A program made the position numbers and the translations under genes. A stretch of DNA of 64,000 bases, taken from NCBI GenBank assembly GCA_944384155.1, contig CALWSG010000006.1, forward strand, positions 2,649 through 66,648, read 5' to 3'. The notes below the pieces were generated by a model that saw nothing but the letters and a program-made list of their open reading frames with translations, made no database searches and was not told the DNA's origin. Source of the DNA: an uncultured Lachnospiraceae bacterium (GTDB lineage Bacteria > Bacillota > Clostridia > Lachnospirales > Lachnospiraceae). Positions 37,604 to 46,966 of the stretch are shown one piece after another (within the stretch, counting starts at the first letter, position 1; the number at the start of each line of letters is the position of its first letter).

Positions 37604-38263
37604 ATGGGCTGGTTAAAATTTTTCAGAGAAGAGGCAGCGGTTATAAGGGAGAGGGATCCTGCCATAAAATCGGACTGGGAGGTTTTTTTATATCCCTGTT
37701 ACAGAGCAATAAAGTCCTATAGAAAGGCACATAAACAATATGAAAAGGGACATTATCTAAGGGCAAGATGGATTTCTCAAAGGGCAGCAAGAAAAACAGG
37801 TATAGAAATACATCCCGGTGCAAAAATAGGAAAGGGGCTTTTTATTGACCACGGACATGGAGTTGTAATAGGAGAAACCACGGTTATAGGAGACAATGTG
37901 ACAATATATCAGGGAGTTACCCTTGGAGGAACGGGAAAAGAAACGGGAAAAAGACATCCTACCATTGAGGATAATGTTATGATAAGTGTAGGGGCAAAAA
38001 TACTGGGCTCCTTTACTATAGGAGAGAATGCAAAGATAGGTGCAGGAAGTGTAGTTTTGGAGGAGGTGCCGCCAAACTCTACCGTGGTTGGAGTGCCCGG
38101 CAGGGTGGTTAAGCAGGACAATGTGAGAATCCCAAGAAACGATATGGACCAGATACATCTTCCTGACCCTGTTAAAACAGAGATTATATCCCTTAAGGAG
38201 GAAAACCGAAAGCTTAAAGAAATGCTTGAGAATCATATAAACGGCGAAAAGGGAAAAGATTAA
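37604..38263 (+). CDS. cysE: Serine O-acetyltransferase
   Basis: RDPA, TGIEIHPGAKIG, FIDHGHGVVIGET, hexapeptide repeats, RHPT. Confidence 0.95.
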   Translation: MGWLKFFREEAAVIRERDPAIKSDWEVFLYPCYRAIKSYRKAHKQYEKGHYLRARWISQRAARKTGIEIHPGAKIGKGLFIDHGHGVVIGETTVIGDNVTIYQGVTLGGTGKETGKRHPTIEDNVMISVGAKILGSFTIGENAKIGAGSVVLEEVPPNSTVVGVPGRVVKQDNVRIPRNDMDQIHLPDPVKTEIISLKEENRKLKEMLENHINGEKGKD

Positions 38264-38293
38264 TAAAAACATAGAAAGGAAAATGCAGTAATA

Positions 38294-39709
38294 ATGGAAA
38301 TTTACAACACTCTTACAAAGAAAAAAGAAAAGTTTGTGCCAAATGAAGAGGGCAGGGTAAATATGTATACCTGCGGGCCTACGGTATATCATTACGCTCA
38401 TATAGGAAACTTAAGAAGCTACATTATGGAGGATGTGCTTGAGAAATATTTAAGTTATGAGGGCTATAATGTAAAGCGTGTAATGAATATTACAGATGTG
38501 GGACACCTGTCAAGTGATGCGGATACAGGCGAGGACAAAATGCTAAAGGGAGCAAAAAGGGAGCATAAGACAGTGCTTGAAATAGCAAAGTTTTACACAG
38601 ATGCATTTTTTCAGGACTGTAAAAAACTAAATATAAAGACACCTGATGTAGTAGAGCCTGCCACAAACTGTATACCTGAATTTATTCATATGATAGAGGA
38701 GCTTTTAAAGAAGGGATATGCCTACGAGGCAGGGGGAAACATATATTTTGATACATCTAAGCTGAAGGATTATTACGTTCTTTCAAGCCACAATGAGGAG
38801 GACCTGATGGAAGGCGTTCGTGATGATGTGGATGTAGATAAAAACAAGAAAAACAAAACAGACTTTGTATTATGGTTTACAAAGTCAAAGTTTGATGACC
38901 AGGAGCTAAAGTGGGAGAGCCCTTGGGGAATGGGGTATCCAGGCTGGCATATAGAGTGCTCATGCATAAGCATGAAGCATTTGGGGGAGCACCTTGATAT
39001 TCACTGCGGCGGCATAGATAATATATTTCCGCATCACACAAACGAGATAGCTCAAAGTGAATCATATCTTGGACATAAGTGGTGCAATTACTGGTTTCAT
39101 GTACATCACCTGAATGACAAGGAAGGAAAAATGAGTAAATCAAAAGGAGATTTTCTCACAGTGTCCCTTCTTGAAAGTAAGGGCTATAATCCTCTGGTAT
39201 ACAGAATGTTTTGTCTCCAGTCACATTACAGAAAGCCTTTGGAGTTTAGCTATGAGATAATGGATAATACAAAAACAGCTTACGAAAAGCTTAAAAAAAG
39301 AATAGCAGCACTTAAAAATGAAGGAACAGCAGATGAAAATGTGTTGGAGGAGTACAGACAGAAATTTATAGAGGCTGTAGGGAATGACATAAATACATCG
39401 CTTGGATTAACCCTTATATATGATGTTCTGAAGGCAGATATAAGTGATGGGGCAAAGCTTGCAATTATAGAGGATTATGACACGGTTCTGTCACTTGACC
39501 TTACAAAAAAAGATATAAAAACTGAGGAAGATAATACATCTGATGTAACTGAGGAAGAGCTTTCATATATTAACGAAAAAATAGCTGAGAGGGCAGCGGC
39601 AAAGAAGGAAAAAAACTTTGCACGGGCAGATGAGATAAGGAATGAGCTTCTTGAAAAGGGAATAGCAATAAAGGATACAAGAGAAGGAGTAGTATGGGAG
39701 AAGATATAG
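38294..39709 (+). CDS. cysS: Cysteine--tRNA ligase
   Basis: CGPTVY, HIGN, PGWHIECS, GGIDNIFPHH, KMSKS. Confidence 0.96.
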   Translation: MEIYNTLTKKKEKFVPNEEGRVNMYTCGPTVYHYAHIGNLRSYIMEDVLEKYLSYEGYNVKRVMNITDVGHLSSDADTGEDKMLKGAKREHKTVLEIAKFYTDAFFQDCKKLNIKTPDVVEPATNCIPEFIHMIEELLKKGYAYEAGGNIYFDTSKLKDYYVLSSHNEEDLMEGVRDDVDVDKNKKNKTDFVLWFTKSKFDDQELKWESPWGMGYPGWHIECSCISMKHLGEHLDIHCGGIDNIFPHHTNEIAQSESYLGHKWCNYWFHVHHLNDKEGKMSKSKGDFLTVSLLESKGYNPLVYRMFCLQSHYRKPLEFSYEIMDNTKTAYEKLKKRIAALKNEGTADENVLEEYRQKFIEAVGNDINTSLGLTLIYDVLKADISDGAKLAIIEDYDTVLSLDLTKKDIKTEEDNTSDVTEEELSYINEKIAERAAAKKEKNFARADEIRNELLEKGIAIKDTREGVVWEKI

Positions 39710-40140
39710 ATTTATTTCAATATACTGCCGAATATTTTGGCGGACAAAATAAAGATTGTGATATGTACTCTCCCCTTACTCTTGCCTATATTGGCGATGG
39801 CATATACGAGATAATAGTAAGAACAATAGTAGTGACAAGGGACGGAAACGAGCAGGTAAATAAGCTTCACAAAAAAAGCAGCGGCCTGGTAAAGGCAGAG
39901 ACACAGGCAAAAATCATAAGACTTATTATGAATAACCTTACAGAGGAGGAGGAGAGAATATATAAGCGTGGGAGAAATGCAAAATCCTTTACCTCGGCAA
40001 AGAATGCTTCTATAGGAGATTACCGCACAGCTACAGGTTTTGAGGCACTTGTGGGATATCTGTATATAAAGGGAAGAACAGGCAGGCTTTTTGAAATAAT
40101 AAGGCTTGGACTTGAAAAACTGGAGGAGGATAAGGCGTGA
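39694..40140 (+). CDS. mrnC: Mini-ribonuclease III
   Basis: LAYIGDGIYE, KRGRN, ATGFEALVGYL; cysS-mrnC-rlmB synteny. Confidence 0.93.
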   Translation: MGEDIDLFQYTAEYFGGQNKDCDMYSPLTLAYIGDGIYEIIVRTIVVTRDGNEQVNKLHKKSSGLVKAETQAKIIRLIMNNLTEEEERIYKRGRNAKSFTSAKNASIGDYRTATGFEALVGYLYIKGRTGRLFEIIRLGLEKLEEDKA

Positions 40141-40880
40141 GATACGAAGAATTTACAATAGAGGGAAGAAATGCAGTGCTGGAGGCATTTAGGGGAGGAA
40201 AAACAATAGACAAGCTGTTTATACTTGACGGCTGCCATGACGGTCCCGTAAACAGTATATTAAGAGAGGCAAAAAAACGGGACACAGTGGTAAGCTATGT
40301 GTCAAAGGAGCGTCTTGACAACATGTCAAAGACAGGAAAGCATCAGGGAGTCATAGCATTTGCAGCGGCGTATGAGTATGCTTCAGTGGAACAGATACTA
40401 GATGCAGCAAGAGAAAAAAACGAGCCTCCCTTTATATTTATTCTTGATAATATAGAAGACCCTCATAATCTTGGAGCCATTATAAGAACTGCAAATCTTG
40501 CAGGTGCTCATGGCGTTATTATACCAAAAAGGCGTGCCGCAGGACTTACTGCAACTGTTGCAAGAACCTCGGCGGGGGCATTAAATTATACTCCTGTCGC
40601 AAAGGTGACAAACATATCCTCCGCAATAGAAGAATTAAAAAGGGAAGGCTTGTGGTTCGTATGTGCAGACATGGGGGGAGAGGTTATGTATAATCTTGAC
40701 TTAAAGGGGCCTATAGGACTTGTTATAGGAAATGAGGGAGAAGGAGTAAGCAGACTGGTAAGGGAAAAATGTGATTTTACCGCCTCCATACCTATGAAAG
40801 GAAATATTGATTCCCTCAATGCGTCAGTAGCAGCAGGTGTTTTGGCATATGAGATAGTAAGGCAGAGAATGACAGGATAA
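40137..40880 (+). CDS. rlmB: 23S rRNA (guanosine-2'-O)-methyltransferase, TrmH family
   Basis: EGRNAV, HQGV, DPHNLGAIIRTA, GNEGEG, IPMKG..SLNASVA. Confidence 0.93.
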   Translation: MRYEEFTIEGRNAVLEAFRGGKTIDKLFILDGCHDGPVNSILREAKKRDTVVSYVSKERLDNMSKTGKHQGVIAFAAAYEYASVEQILDAAREKNEPPFIFILDNIEDPHNLGAIIRTANLAGAHGVIIPKRRAAGLTATVARTSAGALNYTPVAKVTNISSAIEELKREGLWFVCADMGGEVMYNLDLKGPIGLVIGNEGEGVSRLVREKCDFTASIPMKGNIDSLNASVAAGVLAYEIVRQRMTG

Positions 40881-40926
40881 AAAGTAGCTAAAGTACAATT
40901 TTCTATAGGTTATATGCATTGTAAAT

Positions 40927-40972
40927 CAGCGTTTATTGTTGTAGTATGAAAACAATAATAAACGCTGTTTTT
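40927..40972 (+). terminator. Terminator of cys operon
   Basis: CAGCGTTTATT / AATAAACGCTG perfect 11-bp arms followed by a T run. Confidence 0.75.
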
Positions 40973-41091
40973 CTATGTTTCTTGTTAATCTGCATGACGG
41001 AAGAATATAGATTAACTACAGAAACTCTACAGTGCAGTTTTTGACAAAGAAGTGCAAATACGGCTTTATTACTTGAAAATGGAGGATTATT

Positions 41092-42600
41092 ATGGATATT
41101 TCATCAGGAATAAAAGAGCTTGTAAGCTATGGAATAGGCAGGGGACTTATAGAAGAAAGTGATAAATACTATATTGTAAACAGGTATTTAAGGCTTCTGA
41201 ATAAAGAAGAGTTTTTGGGAGATATTGAAGCGATAAAGGGAGAAATAAATACAAGACCTTTAGAGGATATACTGAGGGATATTCTTGATTATTGTGTTAA
41301 GGAAGGAATAATACATGATGATACGGTAACACAGAGGGATTTATTTGATACGGAATTAATGGCGGTTATGGTTCCAAGACCGTCATATATCATAGAGGAA
41401 TTTAACGAAAGATATAAGAAATCCCCTAAAGATGCCACAGACTATTATTATGAATTAAGCAGGGACACAGATTATATACGTACCTACAGAATAGAAAGAG
41501 ATATGAAATGGAAGGTTTCCACAGAGTACGGAGTTATGGACATAACTATTAACCTGTCAAAACCGGAAAAGGACCCGAAGGCAATAGCCATGGCAGGAAG
41601 GACAAAAGCCGTATCATATCCTAAATGCCAGCTTTGTATGGAAAATGAAGGATATGCAGGAAGAATAAATCACCCTGCAAGAGGAAACCACAGAGTGATG
41701 CCTGTGTGCATTGAGGGACAGGAGTGGGGCTTTCAGTATTCTCCTTATGTTTATTATAATGAGCATTGCATAGTGTTTAATAAAAAGCATATTCCAATGA
41801 AAATAGACGAAAAAATATGGGGAAAGCTTTTTAGCTTTGTTAAGCAGTTCCCTCACTACTTTGTAGGCTCAAATGCAGATTTGCCAATAGTGGGAGGCTC
41901 AATACTGACTCACGAGCATTTTCAGGGAGGAAATTATGAATTTGCCATGGCAAGGGCAGATGTGGAAAGAACATATGAAATTAAAGGATATGAAGATGTG
42001 GAATGTGGTATTTTGCACTGGCCTGTATCGGTTATAAGACTTAGGGGAAGGGACACGGAGAAAATAGGTGCATTGGCATCACATATACTTAATAAATGGA
42101 GAAATTATACTGACCGTGAAGCATTTATATTCTCACACACTGACGGAGAGCCTCACAATACCATTACGCCCATAGCAAGAAAAAAAGGTGAAATATATGA
42201 GCTTGACCTTGCACTTAGAAATAATATAACTACAAAGGAGCATCCCCTCGGAGTGTACCACCCTCACAGCGAGCTTCATCATATAAAGAAGGAAAACATA
42301 GGACTGATAGAGGTTATGGGACTTGCGGTGCTGCCGTCAAGACTTAAAGGGGAGCTTACAATGGTGGCGGAAGCATTGGCAGAGGGAAAGGATATAAGCA
42401 GAATACCTGAAATAGCAATACATGGAGACTGGGCATTGGAAATTGAAAAAAAATATGGTACCATAGATAACACAAATGCCTTTGATATAGTAAAGGAGGA
42501 GACGGGAAAAGTATTTGTAAAAGTACTTGAGGCCGCAGGAGTGTATAAATGTACAGACGCAGGAAGAAAAGCCTTTGAAAAATTTATATATTCATTATAG
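41092..42600 (+). CDS. galT: Galactose-1-phosphate uridylyltransferase (Gram-positive type II)
   Basis: ITINLSKPEKDPK, YPKCQLCMENEGY, QYSPYVYYNEH, GGSILTHEHFQGG, KKENIGLIEVMG. Confidence 0.95.
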   Translation: MDISSGIKELVSYGIGRGLIEESDKYYIVNRYLRLLNKEEFLGDIEAIKGEINTRPLEDILRDILDYCVKEGIIHDDTVTQRDLFDTELMAVMVPRPSYIIEEFNERYKKSPKDATDYYYELSRDTDYIRTYRIERDMKWKVSTEYGVMDITINLSKPEKDPKAIAMAGRTKAVSYPKCQLCMENEGYAGRINHPARGNHRVMPVCIEGQEWGFQYSPYVYYNEHCIVFNKKHIPMKIDEKIWGKLFSFVKQFPHYFVGSNADLPIVGGSILTHEHFQGGNYEFAMARADVERTYEIKGYEDVECGILHWPVSVIRLRGRDTEKIGALASHILNKWRNYTDREAFIFSHTDGEPHNTITPIARKKGEIYELDLALRNNITTKEHPLGVYHPHSELHHIKKENIGLIEVMGLAVLPSRLKGELTMVAEALAEGKDISRIPEIAIHGDWALEIEKKYGTIDNTNAFDIVKEETGKVFVKVLEAAGVYKCTDAGRKAFEKFIYSL

Positions 42601-42639
42601 AACTTAGTGTATAAAATAGAAAAGAAATGGAGGTCACGT

Positions 42640-43557
42640 ATGGAATACAGCGGGTATTTATTTGTACATTTTACGGGAGAAAGTGAAACAGGTGAACAGA
42701 TTTATTTTTCCTTAAGCAGAGACGGGCTTCACTGGACAGATTTAAACGGTGGAGAACCTGTGATACGATCAAAGACAGGTGAAAAGGGAGTAAGGGATCC
42801 TTTTATACTTAGAAATAAAATCGACGGAAAATTTTATATTATTTCAACAGACCTTAGGATTGCAAATGGGAAAGGCTGGGAAGCAGCACAGCTTCATGGA
42901 AGCAGAAATATTATGGTATGCAGTTCACATGATTTGGTAAACTGGACGGCTGTAGAACCTGTGGAAATAGGCATAGACGGAGCAGGCTGTGTCTGGGCAC
43001 CTGAGGCAATATATGATGAGAGTAAGAGAGAATACATGGTGTTTTGGGCGTCCATGGTAAAACGTCAGGGAGACGAAAACCCAAAGCAGAGAATATATAA
43101 AGCATTTACAAAGGACTTTAAGATACATACAAAGCCGCAGCTTTATATAGAGAGGGAAAACCATATTATTGATACTACGATTATTGAATATAAAGGTATA
43201 TATTACAGATTTTCAAAGGACGAGACAACAAAAAATATTATTGCTGATATGAGCAAAAACGTAAGCGAAGGACCTTTTGAAAAGCTAAACGCACCGGAGG
43301 TGGAAAAGCTTATGGGTGTAGAGGGTCCCGCCTGCTTTAAATTTAACGACAGGGAGGAATGGTGTCTTATGGTTGACAGATTTGCCGAAGGAAAAGGATA
43401 TATGCCTATTATTACAAAGGATATATCATCAGGTCGATTTAAGGTACTTGAAGGCAGCATGTATGATATGGGAAAAACAAAGAAGCGTCACGGCTCTGTG
43501 CTTAATATTACCGGAGAGGAATACGAAGCACTGGAAAAAAGCTTTGGCATAAACTGA
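42640..43557 (+). CDS. Glycoside hydrolase family 43 (five-bladed beta-propeller)
   Basis: GVRDPF (catalytic base), WAPE, IIDT, VEGP motifs; no signal peptide. Start moved to ATG 42640. Confidence 0.88.
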   Translation: MEYSGYLFVHFTGESETGEQIYFSLSRDGLHWTDLNGGEPVIRSKTGEKGVRDPFILRNKIDGKFYIISTDLRIANGKGWEAAQLHGSRNIMVCSSHDLVNWTAVEPVEIGIDGAGCVWAPEAIYDESKREYMVFWASMVKRQGDENPKQRIYKAFTKDFKIHTKPQLYIERENHIIDTTIIEYKGIYYRFSKDETTKNIIADMSKNVSEGPFEKLNAPEVEKLMGVEGPACFKFNDREEWCLMVDRFAEGKGYMPIITKDISSGRFKVLEGSMYDMGKTKKRHGSVLNITGEEYEALEKSFGIN

Positions 43558-43595
43558 TTTAAAAACAAAAAAAGCCGGGAAAATGAGGAAAAAAT

Positions 43596-44510
43596 ATGGT
43601 GTACTACAGATTACAGACAGAAAGTCTGCCGGAAATTAAGTTAATAGATTCTGTCAGCATACACCCTCCATATGTACATGTCAGAAGGCAGCTTGACGAG
43701 TATGTTATGTACATAATAGTAAGGGGAGAGATGCAGCTTGGGGAAAATAATATTGAATATGTGCTAAGGCCTAATGATGTGATTATTTTAAGTCCAAGGT
43801 ACGAGCATTACGGAATAAGAGCGACAGAGTGTGAATATTATTATGTACATTTTAAGGGAAATATTACTTTGTCAGAAGAGGAAGATATAAAGGAAGCTCT
43901 TATGACTGAAAGACTTCAGTCACTTAAAACAGATGAATTTTCCGGAATGAGAAATAAAGATATAATATTGCCTAATTACTATCATTTTTCCAGTGCATCT
44001 TCGGTTATAAATTTAATAAGCAAAGCAGGAGATATAATATCCTCATTAAGGGACAAGCGTGAATATTTTGCCTGCAAGGCTGACTGTATGCTTATGGAGC
44101 TTTTTATAGATATGTCAAGAGCATTTACATCAGAGCTTTTATTTGAGCCAAAAGCAGCATCAACAAAGGCGTCAAGAAAGGTATTTGACCTTCTTAATTA
44201 TTTTAACAGCTATTATATGGAGGACGTGTCAGGGGATTCCATAGAGGAGCTTCTTAGCTGCAATTTTGATTATCTTAACAGAGTATTTAAGCAGGCTACG
44301 GGAAAAACAATATTCAATTACTTAAATGAGCTTAGGATAATTAAGGCAAAGCAGCTTCTTGAAAACGGCTTATATTCCATAAGCGATGTGGCGGAAATGA
44401 CAGGCTTTAATGATGCATATTACTTTTCAAAGGTGTTTAAGAAATATGCAGGGACTACACCCGGAAAATATGGAAAATCAAAAAGGCAGCAGGATGAGCT
44501 GCAGAAATGA
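43596..44510 (+). CDS. AraC-family transcriptional regulator
   Basis: N-terminal cupin; C-terminal double HTH (YLNRVFK, VAEMTGF..AYYFSKVFKK). Confidence 0.93.
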   Translation: MVYYRLQTESLPEIKLIDSVSIHPPYVHVRRQLDEYVMYIIVRGEMQLGENNIEYVLRPNDVIILSPRYEHYGIRATECEYYYVHFKGNITLSEEEDIKEALMTERLQSLKTDEFSGMRNKDIILPNYYHFSSASSVINLISKAGDIISSLRDKREYFACKADCMLMELFIDMSRAFTSELLFEPKAASTKASRKVFDLLNYFNSYYMEDVSGDSIEELLSCNFDYLNRVFKQATGKTIFNYLNELRIIKAKQLLENGLYSISDVAEMTGFNDAYYFSKVFKKYAGTTPGKYGKSKRQQDELQK

Positions 44511-44518
44511 GGTAAATA

Positions 44519-46906
44519 ATGGAACAAAGTATAAAAATTACGGTAGATACCACTTATAAAAAACAGTATTTTGGAGATATGTTTGGTATATTTTTTGAGG
44601 ACTTAAACCATGCGGCAGACGGAGGACTGTATGCTGAAATGGTAAGAAATCGTTCCTTTGAGTTTGATAAGATAGATAATGGAAATTATAATCATCTTAC
44701 AGCATGGAAAATATCAGGACTCTGTGCGGAGGACAACATTAAGGATACAAAGGACAACATTGTAGGAACATATAAAATAGAAACGAAGGCGCCTGTGTCA
44801 GACAAAAATCCCCACTATCTTACAGTTAAAGTGAATAATATAAAGGACAGCCAATATCCATGTGTGGAAAATGAAGGCTACAATACAGGATTATATCTTG
44901 AGGCAGGGAAAAGCTACAGGTTTTCCATGTTTTGCAATGCTTACGGAAGGGATATAAAGATAAAAGCAGTTCTTCAGGACAGTGACGGAAGCAGTCTTTG
45001 TGAGGAGAATGACAATATATCAGGTGACGGCTGGAAAAAATATGTTTATACATTTATTCCGGATAAAACTACAGTAAATGGAAGACTTAAAATATATATT
45101 TTGTCAGAGGGAGAGCTGAGCCTTGACCATATTTCACTTTTTCCGGAGCATACATTTTTGGGTAAGGAGAACGGTTTAAGAGAGGATATTGCTCTTATGC
45201 TAAAGGAGCTTAAGCCTAAGTTTTTAAGATTTCCGGGAGGCTGTCTGATACATGACGGCTCATTAAATGCAGATGACAGGGATTCAATGTACAGGTGGAA
45301 AAATACAATAGGAGACGTTATACAAAGACCGGCAAGAAGAAGCAACTGGGGATATAACCAGACATTGGGACTTGGCTACTATGAATATTTTTGCTTTAGT
45401 GAGGAGATAGGTGCAAAGCCGCTCCCTGTTTTGCCGGGAGGATATAATCCTCACAGGCAGCTTAAGGCTCCTTTAAGTGAAATAGGACAGTGGGTTGAAG
45501 AAGCACTTGACCTTATAGAATTTGCCAATGGTGACATAAGCACAAAATGGGGAAAAGTAAGGGCAGAGCTTGGGCATGAAAAACCATTTAACCTTGAATA
45601 TATAGCTATAGGAAACGAGGAGGTAGGAGAAGGGTTTTTTGAGAGATATCCTTACTTTCATAAGGCTATAAGAGAAAAATATCCTGATATTAAAATAATA
45701 GGTACAAGCGGACCATTTGCGGCGGGAGGAGAATTTGAGAGAGGCTGGAACAGTGCCATAGAAAATAAGGCGGATTATGTAGACGAGCATTATTATATGG
45801 CTCCTGAGTGGTTCCTTGCACATATAGACAGATATAAGGAATACAAGGAGGAAAATCCAAAAGTATTTTTAGGTGAGTATGCCACATGGGGAAATACATA
45901 TTATAATGCACTGGCGGAGGCAGCATATATGACAAGGATGCAGGAAAATGCCCATGCTGTGGGGCTTGCCTGCTATGCACCATTGTTATGCAACGCAGAT
46001 TATGTAAACTGGAGACCTGACCTGATATGGTTTAACAATCATCAGGTGTACGGAACGGCAAATTATTATGTACAGAAAATGTTTATGCATCATCAGGGGG
46101 ATTATCTTCTCGACACAAAGCTTGAAAACATACGTAAGCCAAAGGTTGTAATGCCTGTTGATTTTTCAGGTGATATAGAGTTAGAGACAGTGTGCTGCGG
46201 GGCATCTTACAGTGACATAGAGGTAGAAAACAGTGACACTAAGGAAGTGTACAGATTTGATAATAAAACTCTCACTGCTGATAATAATAAGTATAAGCTG
46301 ATGAGCATAAATACAAATAATTACGTTATTACTCTTAAGGCAAAGCAGGAGGAAGGCACAAGGGGATTCTTAATAAGCTTTGGAAAGAAGGATGATAAAA
46401 ACAAGTATTACTGGGAGCTTGGTGGCTGGCAGAATCTTGACGGAGCAATATGCCACAACACAGACGGCAGGGGAAGCTGCCTTACCCAGTCAGAATTTAC
46501 CGTAGATAAGGAACATACATATGAGCTTAAAGTACAGGTAGAGGAAAGTGGTGTAATAAAAGCATACGTTGACGGCAGACTGCTCCATGAGATAAAAGCA
46601 ATGCCGGTTGTGATAGAAGATATATATACAACATCGGCAGTGGAGGAAAAAACCGGTGATATAATAGTAAAGGCAGTCAATGTGGACGATACACCAAAAA
46701 ACATAAAAATATATCTTGCAGGCATGGAGGATAAGCCTTATACTATAGAGGTTGAGGAAATGAAAGATTTTCCGTTAGACAGCGAAAATTCTTTTGAAGA
46801 GCCTTGCAGGGTATGCTCCCGCACAAGGGAAATTACAGTAAGCTCTAATACATTTGATTATCAGTGTCCAAAGGAGTCAATAACTATATTAAGGATAAAA
46901 AATTGA
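44519..46906 (+). CDS. Alpha-L-arabinofuranosidase, GH51
   Basis: GIFFEDLNHAADGGLYAE, LRFPGG, IGNEE (acid/base), DEHYY, FLGEYA (nucleophile). Confidence 0.92.
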   Translation: MEQSIKITVDTTYKKQYFGDMFGIFFEDLNHAADGGLYAEMVRNRSFEFDKIDNGNYNHLTAWKISGLCAEDNIKDTKDNIVGTYKIETKAPVSDKNPHYLTVKVNNIKDSQYPCVENEGYNTGLYLEAGKSYRFSMFCNAYGRDIKIKAVLQDSDGSSLCEENDNISGDGWKKYVYTFIPDKTTVNGRLKIYILSEGELSLDHISLFPEHTFLGKENGLREDIALMLKELKPKFLRFPGGCLIHDGSLNADDRDSMYRWKNTIGDVIQRPARRSNWGYNQTLGLGYYEYFCFSEEIGAKPLPVLPGGYNPHRQLKAPLSEIGQWVEEALDLIEFANGDISTKWGKVRAELGHEKPFNLEYIAIGNEEVGEGFFERYPYFHKAIREKYPDIKIIGTSGPFAAGGEFERGWNSAIENKADYVDEHYYMAPEWFLAHIDRYKEYKEENPKVFLGEYATWGNTYYNALAEAAYMTRMQENAHAVGLACYAPLLCNADYVNWRPDLIWFNNHQVYGTANYYVQKMFMHHQGDYLLDTKLENIRKPKVVMPVDFSGDIELETVCCGASYSDIEVENSDTKEVYRFDNKTLTADNNKYKLMSINTNNYVITLKAKQEEGTRGFLISFGKKDDKNKYYWELGGWQNLDGAICHNTDGRGSCLTQSEFTVDKEHTYELKVQVEESGVIKAYVDGRLLHEIKAMPVVIEDIYTTSAVEEKTGDIIVKAVNVDDTPKNIKIYLAGMEDKPYTIEVEEMKDFPLDSENSFEEPCRVCSRTREITVSSNTFDYQCPKESITILRIKN

Positions 46907-46912
46907 CAATAA

Positions 46913-46944
46913 AAAAGGCTGTCACTTTTTTGTGACAGCCTTTT
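46913..46944 (+). terminator. Intrinsic terminator after GH51 gene
   Basis: Perfect 13-bp arms AAAAGGCTGTCAC / GTGACAGCCTTTT. Confidence 0.85.
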
Positions 46945-46966
46945 AATATAAAAATGGAGGCGAATT

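Noticed and set aside
37757-38401. 214-aa minus-strand ORF across cysE/cysS
   Set aside because: Antisense shadow of conserved genes; no RBS or recognisable motifs.
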